Origin: Okeania sp.
GTDB lineage: Bacteria; Cyanobacteriota; Cyanobacteriia; Cyanobacteriales; Microcoleaceae
Direction of reading: 5' to 3'
Assembly (NCBI RefSeq): GCF_035285525.1
Contig: NZ_JAYKGW010000252.1
Span: 1 to 32,000, forward strand
DNA: 32,000 nucleotides
Below the pieces are notes generated by a model. It was not told where the DNA came from, made no database searches, and saw only the letters and a list, made by a program, of their open reading frames with translations. Positions 8,102 through 15,082 of this stretch are shown here, piece by piece (position 1 is the stretch's first letter; each line of letters begins with the position of its first letter). The translations under genes were made by a program, and so were the position numbers.

Positions 8102-9703
8102 TTGGTGACTAAAATCCATTTATTCAATGTCATATCTCAACCTATGTGGCAACAAAAAGAAAATCAAATTAACAGTAGTAAATGGTATTCTAAGTTGCTT
8201 CAACGTTTTACAGTAACCGTAACTTTGCTCACCTTAACTATTGGATGTATACCAATTCAAAAATCTCAAAGTAAAATACCTTCCACCTTAGAAACAAATT
8301 CTATCTCAAATAAGAATTGTAGTTTAACTCCAAGCAAAGAAAATAACTCCCAAATTTTTCTCATTTCTCAAAATTCTAACTCTACTCAATGTGCTTCTAT
8401 CGATCCTTTTAGTCAAGCAGTGAGGTTTGCCACCACAGCAGCAAACTTAACTCAATCTGCTAAAACTAAACAAGATTGGGATCAAGTAGCACAACAGTGG
8501 GTACAGGCAGTAGCTTGGATGCAAGCAGTACCACCAGAGAACCCTAGACGTACTTTTGCTGAGAGAAAAGTGGCTGAGTATATGAAAAATTTAGCTTATG
8601 CTCAACAAAAAGCTGCATCTGCTTCCTCTCAGTTTAATCCAGTTTCTTTCAATAATGATATTCTGGATGCTCAGTTAAAACTTTATCTGTCTTACGTTGC
8701 CATTGTCGGTGTACCAGACGTTCTGATTGTGGGAAGTTCCCGTGCTATATCTGGAGTTGACCCCCAAAAACTACAACAATATTTAATAGCGAAAGGTTAT
8801 CCTCGGTTAAATATGTTTAATTTTGGTATCAATGGCGCTACTGCTCAAGTAGTTGACTTTCAACTGCGACAACTTTTGAGCTATGAGCAACTGCCAAAAT
8901 TAATTATTTGGGCAGATGGAGTGCGAGCTTTTAATAGTGGGAGAGCTGATCGAACTTATAATTCTATTGTTGCTTCTGAAGGAAAAAGACTACTACTTTC
9001 CGGTGTTCGCCCCCAGTTACCTCGCGCTCAATCTAATTTTGCCTCTGTCTGTTATCAGTTTCCTCAACCTTATAATTATAATGTATTTGCACCCAATCTG
9101 GATTTTACCTGGGAGACATCGGTGGAGAAGAAAATGAAGGTTGACTATAGCAATATTAAACCAACTAACAATACAAAATATTCCTATAAGCAAACTTTTG
9201 CAAATTCAACTTCATATCCTCAATACTCAACTCAACTTGTAGAAGAAGTAGCGATCGCCAATATTGAGAATAATATCGAAGCTAATGGTTTCCTGCCAAT
9301 GGATGGAATATTTAATCCTGCTTCCTATTATCAACAACGACCTTATGTTGCAGGTCTTTACGATGGTGACTATGCTAATTTTTATCTTGGAGGTATTCAA
9401 GCAACCGCTTTCAATGCAGTTGTGAATTTTACCAAATCTCGAAATATTCCCTTAGTTTTTGTTAATTTACCTCTATCTGATAGTTACTTAGACTCTCTAC
9501 GTTGGTCTGCTGAACAAGAATTTGAACCCTGGATGCAACGTCAAGCGAGGGAAAAAGGCTTTATATTCCTGAATATAAATTTATATCAACCTGAACTCGC
9601 CCGAAACCAATACTTTTTTGATCCTAGTCATATAAACCGTTATGGTGCTGACGCTGTATCTCGTTATATTGCTGCTCGTGATTCCATTCCTTGGCCACGG
9701 TGA
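8102..9703 (+). CDS. SGNH-hydrolase-like protein resembling the DUF1574 family, probable lipoprotein
   Basis: GGAGGAG (8091-8097) precedes TTG 8102 and GTG 8105; the GTG has the better spacing. Lipobox-like LLTLTIGC. Block I-like LIVGSSRAISG and block V-like DPSHINRYG (DxxH). Assignment to DUF1574 is from memory of that family. Confidence 0.65.
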   Translation: MVTKIHLFNVISQPMWQQKENQINSSKWYSKLLQRFTVTVTLLTLTIGCIPIQKSQSKIPSTLETNSISNKNCSLTPSKENNSQIFLISQNSNSTQCASIDPFSQAVRFATTAANLTQSAKTKQDWDQVAQQWVQAVAWMQAVPPENPRRTFAERKVAEYMKNLAYAQQKAASASSQFNPVSFNNDILDAQLKLYLSYVAIVGVPDVLIVGSSRAISGVDPQKLQQYLIAKGYPRLNMFNFGINGATAQVVDFQLRQLLSYEQLPKLIIWADGVRAFNSGRADRTYNSIVASEGKRLLLSGVRPQLPRAQSNFASVCYQFPQPYNYNVFAPNLDFTWETSVEKKMKVDYSNIKPTNNTKYSYKQTFANSTSYPQYSTQLVEEVAIANIENNIEANGFLPMDGIFNPASYYQQRPYVAGLYDGDYANFYLGGIQATAFNAVVNFTKSRNIPLVFVNLPLSDSYLDSLRWSAEQEFEPWMQRQAREKGFIFLNINLYQPELARNQYFFDPSHINRYGADAVSRYIAARDSIPWPR

Positions 9704-9868
9704 TTCAGTTATCAGGTATGGCGCTAGACAATAGGAAACAGGCAATAGATAATAAAGTAGATAAAAAAACTGATTTCTCGGGAACTGTAACTCTTACCTT
9801 TTCCCAGTTAAGTGTTCCCTAAAAGTAGTAAGATTTTTATACATAAATAAAATAGGACTGCTATAATT

Positions 9869-10618
9869 ATGACTCAATCAGATGATAGTGGAAAAATTGA
9901 ACAGATTGTCAATACAGTAATAGGGGTAAAAACTGAAGATACAAATCAATTTTTAAACAGAGAAATAGTTGCAACTAAACAGCTAGATTTACAAGCTCTG
10001 GCAATTTATAAATTAGGAACTATCCTGCAAATAGGAATAATTATTCTCGCTTTCTGGGGAATGGAAAAATTAGTAATTTTAGTTAATAATTACTCCTCTT
10101 TTCCCAATTGGTTAAGCACAGTATTTGCCGGACTATTTTTCGCATTATTGAGTATTCGTTCCCGAATTTTTTCGACCTTAGACAATACCCGTACTACCAA
10201 AACTTATAATAGTATTGTCAGACCAAAATGGGCACCACCACCTTTAGCTTTTCCCATAGTTTGGATGACAATAGCAGTTTTACGAGTTATCTCTTCTCTA
10301 TTAATTTGGCAGCAGATGAATCAACAATTTTTAGTATTTCCTTTAATTGCTTTTGCCATACATCTTGCCGTAGGAGATACTTGGAATACTATTTTTACTG
10401 TAGAACGTAGATTAGGTGCTGCTGTTCCTGTTGTTATTTTCGGTCCTTGGTTATCTGCTTTAATAGTTACGATATTTTACTGGCAAATTAATCCTATAGC
10501 TGGAATAATTTTAGCACCTTCTTGTGTATGGTTAACTGTAGCTGTTGTATTAGTAATTAGGATTTGGCAATTGAATGGTAAAGAACCATTATATCCACTA
10601 AAATTAACAGATAACTAA
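9869..10618 (+). CDS. TspO/MBR-family (tryptophan-rich sensory protein-like) membrane protein with N-terminal extension
   Basis: KWAPPPLAFPIVWMTIAVLRV plus aromatic-rich TM helices (GDTWNTIF) are typical of TspO. About 90 extra N-terminal residues include an additional hydrophobic helix. Confidence 0.7.
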   Translation: MTQSDDSGKIEQIVNTVIGVKTEDTNQFLNREIVATKQLDLQALAIYKLGTILQIGIIILAFWGMEKLVILVNNYSSFPNWLSTVFAGLFFALLSIRSRIFSTLDNTRTTKTYNSIVRPKWAPPPLAFPIVWMTIAVLRVISSLLIWQQMNQQFLVFPLIAFAIHLAVGDTWNTIFTVERRLGAAVPVVIFGPWLSALIVTIFYWQINPIAGIILAPSCVWLTVAVVLVIRIWQLNGKEPLYPLKLTDN

Positions 10619-10710
10619 AATAATGAATAATTCAACAATCTTGATTAAAAGCTTCCCCTTTTAATCAGTTATAGCGCTAGGGAATAGGAAACATAAGACA
10701 TCCTACTGAA

Positions 10711-10960
10711 CTGTTTCACCTAAAATAGTGCATGGCGTAGGGGCGGTTTTTTTCCAGAATTTTCATGCTGATTCTAAGATTTATAGGACTAAAGCCATGA
10801 ACCTTACTGGTAGGGTGTATTTTGCGTTCCGCAAAGCTCCGCTTTATATGTCGGCTCAAGCGCCGAAACGCTACGCGACATGTAAAGCGTATCTCGTAAC
10901 ACACCAAGACGCTATATATAGTGCCTTTGCGTAAGTCCTGATTTATACAAACCCGCCCCT
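10711..10960. mobile_element. GGGCGGGTTT-family element interrupted by another MITE
   Basis: ctgtttcacctaaaatagtgcatggcgtaggggcgg...ctaagattta [157-bp insert] atttatacaaacccgcccct. Without the insert it is collinear with the copy at 11519-11604. Confidence 0.6.
10784..10940. mobile_element. MITE, CAGGACTTACG family, nested insertion (157 bp)
   Basis: The ends are (T)AGGACTAAAG... and ...CTTTGCGTAAGTCCTG, flanked by 5-bp direct repeats ATTTA (10779-10783 and 10941-10945). The unoccupied site CTAAGATTTATACAAACCCGCCCCT is at 11580-11604. Confidence 0.8.
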
Positions 10961-10996
10961 AAGAATGTAGCTAAAATCATTGGGGGCGGGTTTTAA

Positions 10997-11380
10997 TTTC
11001 TAGATAAGAACGTACAAGGAGCATTTTTAGATCAATTTCATAGGCAAAGTGGAGAGGAGCGAAAGACTAAAGAATGGAATGGTGAAGGTATCAAAATTGC
11101 GACTTCAATTGTCGGGACTCTGAAGAAGGACAGTGATACAGATAAATATTGGATATTAGAAGCAGCTATTCCTTTTGACAATTTTGCTCAGGTCGCTAAA
11201 AATATACCACCAAAACCAAAAGAAATTTGGCATCTCAATCTTAACCGTCTTGGTGGTCAAACAAATTTACAATATAGTCAATGGTCTCCGAGTCAAACTC
11301 CTAAACCTCAATTTCATGCACCCCAAGATTTTGGTCGTGTAACATTTTCAGCAACAGAAAGTCCGTTTTGGAAAAGATAA
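10997..11380 (+). pseudogene. 5'-truncated remnant of a carbohydrate-binding family 9 (CBM9/DOMON-like) gene
   Basis: A 127-codon open frame from the stop at 10994-10996 to TAA 11378-11380 has no ATG/GTG/TTG, which explains its absence from the track. It reads ...KTKEWNGEGIKIATSIVGTLKKDSDTDKYWILEAAIPFDNFAQVAKNIPPKPKEIWHLNLNRLGGQTNLQYSQWSPSQTPKPQFHAPQDFGRVTFS..., which I recognise as the C-terminal pattern of that family. Its upstream edge abuts a repeat element. Confidence 0.5.
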
Positions 11381-11518
11381 TCAGAATAATGTATAATTCC
11401 AAAAAAAGCTCTCATATAAAATCCAGATAATTACTAGAGCTAAGTCATTGCGACTGGAAGGGAGTGGAAATTTTTGCTGCGCATTTATGTCGCGCAGCAT
11501 GTAGAGCATGTAGTGCAT

Positions 11519-11604
11519 TGTTTCATCTAAAATGATGCATGGGGTAGAGGCGGGTTTATGCAGAAATTTTTATACTACTCTAAGATTTATACAAACCCGC
11601 CCCT
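11519..11604. mobile_element. Uninterrupted GGGCGGGTTT-family element (86 bp)
   Basis: ttgtttcatctaaaatgatgcatggggtagaggcgggtttatgcagaaatttttatactactctaagatttatacaaacccgcccct. It provides the empty-site reference for the nested insertion at 10784. Confidence 0.6.
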
Positions 11605-11607
11605 GAT

Positions 11608-11709
11608 ATACAATCCGGTTATTAGTATATGTTCATAATTCCCTCTACACTTCTATCTCCGTGTCTGCGCGTCTCCCTACTATACAATAACTACTCAACC
11701 GGATTCTAT
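11608..11709. mobile_element. MITE-like element, AATCCGG-end family (102 bp)
   Basis: Terminal inverted repeats ATACAATCCGGTT (11608-11620) and AACCGGATTCTAT (11697-11709). Confidence 0.55.
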
Positions 11710-11769
11710 ATGAGACGGTTGCTTATATCACTGGGGGCGGATTTGTCTAATTTCTAGACAAAAGTCGTT

Positions 11770-11797
11770 GTAGGGACGTTGCATGCAACATCCCTAC
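11770..11797. repeat. REP-like hairpin GTAGGGACGTTGCATGCAACATCCCTAC
   Basis: Near-perfect palindrome read directly. Relatives are at 12708-12787, 16991-17042, 21871-21894, 22083-22111 and 24848-24870. Confidence 0.8.
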
Positions 11798-11854
11798 AGT
11801 GAAACCCGCCCCTACGGTATCTTCCTAATGCACATTTTTAGATGAAACAGTCCA

Positions 11855-11888
11855 GTAGGGTGGGTAACGCTAGCGTTACCCACCCTAC
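11855..11888. repeat. REP-like hairpin GTAGGGTGGGTAACGC-TA-GCGTTACCCACCCTAC
   Basis: 34-bp perfect palindrome (16-bp arms around a central TA), about 45 nt downstream of the stop of the minus-strand ORF 11934-12416. Confidence 0.8.
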
Positions 11889-11933
11889 CAATTTTGCCTA
11901 ATTCCTGTTCATAACAAGGGCAAAAGCAGTAAA

Positions 11934-12416
11934 TTAAGCAAGAATATTTTTCATTTCTACTTTGAAAATATTTTCAATAGTTTTCCCACTGGTTTTTTCA
12001 TCCCACTGAAGACTATCAAGAAAAGTTTCTGCTGAATGAGTTTCGACAACATCAACACCCCATTCTCCTGGTTGGAGAGTATCAGGAGAATCACTTAATG
12101 GAGGAGTTTTTTTCAAACCTCCTAAAATCAATACATCAACAATTAAATCTTTATCATTTTTTTGAGTTATCCGTTTTTCTCTTAATGCTTCAGCGCATTT
12201 TTCACCAACTTGAGGTGGAGAAAAAACTTCAGTTTCAAATAATATTTCTACCATCCAATGAGGATGATTTAATTGGCGACATTTTAGCTGTGGATATTTG
12301 CTTAAACCATCAATAAATACTTGAGCAAATTCAGCTCGATTTAATTCAGGGAATGTATTTTCTGAAAGTTCAAAATTGTGAGAAAGTAACATTCGTCTAG
12401 TTTTAGATTCAGTCAT
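11934..12416 (-). CDS. Hypothetical protein (160 aa), no family recognised
   Basis: Clean ATG-to-TAA ORF with composition like its neighbours and only a weak GAAGGA upstream. It is isolated among repeats between a gene remnant and tRNA-His. Confidence 0.5.
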   Translation of the reverse strand: MTESKTRRMLLSHNFELSENTFPELNRAEFAQVFIDGLSKYPQLKCRQLNHPHWMVEILFETEVFSPPQVGEKCAEALREKRITQKNDKDLIVDVLILGGLKKTPPLSDSPDTLQPGEWGVDVVETHSAETFLDSLQWDEKTSGKTIENIFKVEMKNILA

Positions 12417-12654
12417 TTTTTTATTTTTATTTATCCTTCGGGTAATAAATGTTAAATCATAACCTTAAATACTACCAGACGATAATAGAGTAGATGCCAG
12501 GTATATGAAGTACAGATATTCGGAATTAAATGGGGCTTGCGTATGGAAATCTAAAAGCTTTTACAGAATAGATCTTTTAGCATTTTTAGGTATCGAAACA
12601 GTACCTGCTTTTCAGCTCAACCATGCTCCTCAAGTTACAATTTTCAGCATATCG

Positions 12655-12817
12655 TTGGGCAAAAAAATTACTTTCTTGCTCCTCTACTCCCCTACTCAAG
12701 CGCTCCCGTAAGGACGTTGCATCAGCAAAAATGCGTTTTCCGTTCCGGAATGCTCCGCAAACATGTTGCGCAGCAAAACGTCCCTACCCTTAAAAAAGAC
12801 TGAAGAAGCGCAAACCC
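12655..12817. repeat. Dispersed repeat, copy 1 (long-loop version)
   Basis: ttgggcaaaaaaattactttcttgctcctctactcccctactcaagcgctcccgtaaggacgttgc...aaaacgtccctacccttaaaaaagactgaagaagcgcaaaccc matches 22031-22141, except that the internal GTA(A/G)GGAC...GTCCCTAC hairpin carries a longer loop here. Confidence 0.75.
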
Positions 12818-12893
12818 CAAATGTTTTTAGTGCAGTGCGGAAAGCCAGTATGGGGGTGTACCTCACGCCAACTGGAATCCGCTGTATAAATAA

Positions 12894-12921
12894 AAAAGGG
12901 CTAACGATGAGACTCCCACCC
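12894..12921 (-). other. Partial duplicate of the tRNA-His 3' end (att-like remnant or terminator hairpin)
   Basis: aaaagggctaacgatgagactcccaccc matches aaaagggcgaacgatgggactcgaaccc (12996-13023) at 24 of 28 positions, ungapped, about 100 nt away. It also lies inside a possible AAAAAGGG...CCCTTTTT hairpin (12893-12926). Confidence 0.45.
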
Positions 12922-13000
12922 TTTTTGTTATACTAAATTTTGTTAAACTTGGTTATATACATATCAATAAACCTATTGACATATACATAAACTATAAAAG

Positions 13001-13074
13001 GGCGAACGATGGGACTCGAACCCACGAATGGTGGAACCACAAACCACTGCCTTAACCACTTGGCGACGCTCGCC
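13001..13074 (-). tRNA. tRNA-His (anticodon GUG) with genome-encoded G-1
   Basis: The reverse complement GGCGAGCGTCGCCAAGTGGTTAAGGCAGTGGTTTGTGGTTCCACCATTCGTGGGTTCGAGTCCCATCGTTCGCC folds as a cloverleaf. The 8-bp acceptor stem includes G-1:C73. The T arm is GTGGG/TTCGAGT/CCCAT, and the anticodon loop TTGTGGT gives GTG. CCA is not encoded. Confidence 0.9.
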
Positions 13075-13099
13075 GTAAGAATTTTTCTTACAGTTTGTT

Positions 13100-13129
13100 A
13101 ATATAGCACTACTAAATTATATTTGTCAA
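13100..13129 (-). promoter_or_regulatory. Candidate sigma70-type promoter for tRNA-His
   Basis: The minus strand reads TTGACA (13129-13124), a 17-18 nt spacer, then CTATAT/TATATT (13106-13100). This ends about 25 nt upstream of the tRNA 5' end. Sequence match only. Confidence 0.4.
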
Positions 13130-13169
13130 CCCCTTTCCTAAAAATCTAAAATCTAAAGCAAATTACTCA

Positions 13170-14696
13170 ATGAGTTATTGCATTAATCCTCAATGTACCA
13201 ACCCCGAAAACCCAGACACTGCAACCTATTGCCATTATTGTCACTCTCCCCTAATTCTTCAGGGACAATATCGTATTCTGAAAAAAGTTGGTCAGGGAAG
13301 CTTTGGCCAAACATTTTTGGCTGTAGATGAACAACATCCTCTGAAGCTCCCGTGCATTCTTAAGCAAATATCATTTCCCACTCTTGACCCCGAAAACTAT
13401 CAAACAACAGCTAGATTATTTCGACGGGAGGTAATGCGGTTAGGACAGTTGGGCAAACATCCACAAATTCCTCTACTTTTAGCTCACTTTCAATACAATC
13501 AAAATTTGTATTTAGTACAAGAATATATTCAAGGTCTGACATTAAAGCAAGAATTACAACAAAGTCTCTTCAACGAAGAAAAAATATGGCAACTTTTACG
13601 AGAGTTACTGCCAGTACTAGAGTTTATTCATCAACATCAAATTATCCACCGAGATATTAAACCAGAAAATATTATTCGTCGAAATTTTCCACCTATTAAT
13701 TACCAAAAACCACCCTACTTACCAGGAGAAAATCAACTGAAAAAATTAGGAAAAATAGGAGAACTTGTATTAATTGATTTTGGTGTAGCGAAGTTGCTAA
13801 CGGGTACTGCTTTAATAAAAACTGGTACAATTATTGGTAGTCCCGAATATATGGCTCCAGAACAAACCAGGGGTAAAGCACTGCCAGCAAGTGACTTATT
13901 TAGTTTGGGTGTAACTTGTATTCATTTACTGACAGATGTTGCACCTTGGGATATGTTCGATGTTATCAATGACTGCTGGAGATGGCGAGATTTTTTGCCG
14001 AATGGGAGTAGGGTGAGTCAAAGTCTCGGCAGTATATTGGATAAATTGTTGCAAAATTCTGTCAGTCAACGGTATCAGACAGCAGCACAAGCTTTATCAG
14101 CGTTGGAGTCTCCCTCGAATATTGTCAGGCAACCTGTAGAAAATCTTGAGTCTTTAGGGTTGGTAAATCAAAAATTACCATTGTTGCCATCGGTGCGGAG
14201 TTTGGTGGGGAGGTTTGTTCCAAAAATTATGACACTGGACGAAAATGAGTTAATTTCCGCAGTGGGAGTAGAGTATGGGAAGTTGCAGTATTTGTTGGCA
14301 GTGCAAAAGTGGCAGGAAGCAGATAGGGAAACTTGGGGAGTTTTATGTGATGCTTTGAGGAAGAGGAGGAAAAGTTATTTGTTTCCGTATGATATTGATA
14401 ATTTGCCTTGTGAAGATTTACTGACTATCGATCGCCTCTGGGTAAAATATAGCCAAGGAAAATTTGGCTTTAGTGTGCAAAAACAGATTTATGAAAGTGT
14501 GAATGAAGATTATGGAAAATTTTGTAGTCGGGTTGGTTGGTTGAGTTATAATTTGCATTTTCGCGATCGCGGATTTAAGTTTAGAAGTTGGGCAGCAGTT
14601 GGTCATTTACCTTCAAGAATTTGGGTAGGTGGTGATAAATGGTGGATTCATCTAGAGGTGATGGGGAAAAAGTTAGATAAGTGTTTTTTTGTATAG
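13170..14696 (+). CDS. Ser/Thr protein kinase with N-terminal zinc ribbon and C-terminal GUN4 domain
   Basis: CINPQC...YCHYC zinc-ribbon pattern. Hanks-kinase motifs GQGSFGQTF, HRDIKPEN, IDFGVAK and SPEYMAPE. The C-terminus carries the GUN4-like stretch LPCEDLLTIDRLWVKYSQGKFGFSVQKQIY...RVGW. Confidence 0.85.
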   Translation: MSYCINPQCTNPENPDTATYCHYCHSPLILQGQYRILKKVGQGSFGQTFLAVDEQHPLKLPCILKQISFPTLDPENYQTTARLFRREVMRLGQLGKHPQIPLLLAHFQYNQNLYLVQEYIQGLTLKQELQQSLFNEEKIWQLLRELLPVLEFIHQHQIIHRDIKPENIIRRNFPPINYQKPPYLPGENQLKKLGKIGELVLIDFGVAKLLTGTALIKTGTIIGSPEYMAPEQTRGKALPASDLFSLGVTCIHLLTDVAPWDMFDVINDCWRWRDFLPNGSRVSQSLGSILDKLLQNSVSQRYQTAAQALSALESPSNIVRQPVENLESLGLVNQKLPLLPSVRSLVGRFVPKIMTLDENELISAVGVEYGKLQYLLAVQKWQEADRETWGVLCDALRKRRKSYLFPYDIDNLPCEDLLTIDRLWVKYSQGKFGFSVQKQIYESVNEDYGKFCSRVGWLSYNLHFRDRGFKFRSWAAVGHLPSRIWVGGDKWWIHLEVMGKKLDKCFFV

Positions 14697-14928
14697 AAGC
14701 CATTTGCTATCTTTGCACGCGGTGCGACTCTTTGGCAAAGGAGTCAGGAATTAATATTCAATCCGGTAGTATCGGTAGAATTCATTTCCTGTAGGGATTT
14801 GGTCTCTAAACTCTCTACAAACTAGGAGTTTTCCCTCTTTTCTTATGGTAGAACCTTATGAAGTACATGGTAATATCAAATCCGGTAGCATTGGTATAAT
14901 TCAGGATTAGGGAAGAATAGTCTATATT

Positions 14929-14956
14929 GTAGGGGCGAACAGCCGTTCGCCCCTAC
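14929..14956. repeat. REP-like hairpin GTAGGGGCGAAC-AGCC-GTTCGCCCCTAC
   Basis: 12-bp perfect stem, read directly. Confidence 0.85.
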
Positions 14957-14972
14957 TGACAAGAGAAATAAA

Positions 14973-14999
14973 CAGGACTTACGCTTTGCGTAAGTCCTG
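14973..14999. repeat. Back-to-back MITE ends only (CAGGACTTACGC TTT GCGTAAGTCCTG)
   Basis: 27-bp palindrome made of the two TIR tips of the CAGGACTTACG family with no internal sequence. The flanks ATAAA/TTTAT are inverted, not direct. Confidence 0.7.
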
Positions 15000-15025
15000 T
15001 TTATGAAATCATCTGTGACAAAAAA

Positions 15026-15082
15026 CTGTAGGGGTTTGGTTTCCAAACACAAGCGCCAAGGGGTTTGGAGACCAAACCCAGT
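15026..15082. repeat. Two copies (one truncated) of the GGGGTTTGG...CCAAACCCC hairpin; possible htrA terminator on the minus strand
   Basis: ctgtaggggtttggtttccaaacac and aaggggtttggagaccaaacccag. On the minus strand the distal copy is followed by CCCTACAG and T6, but the T-run is not adjacent to the stem, so the terminator call is weak. Confidence 0.6.

Noticed and set aside
10716-10934. Overlapping ORFs on both strands (10716-10907 minus, 10728-10934 plus)
   Set aside because: Both lie wholly inside the nested MITE structure, which has related copies elsewhere in the window. They are mutually antisense and have no ribosome-binding sites.
12505-12711. Intergenic ORFs 12505-12711, 14876-15097, 16450-16656, 16970-17179 and 24649-24885
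   Set aside because: All run through identified repeats, hairpins or MITEs (for example 16450-16656 covers the MITE at 16444-16534, and 14876-15097 covers three hairpin repeats). Their products have no recognisable features.
12417-13000. Integrated prophage or genomic island at tRNA-His
   Set aside because: No integrase, excisionase or phage-like gene occurs on either side within the window. Only a degenerate 28-nt tRNA-end copy and repeat debris are present, so I report a decayed hotspot and not an island.
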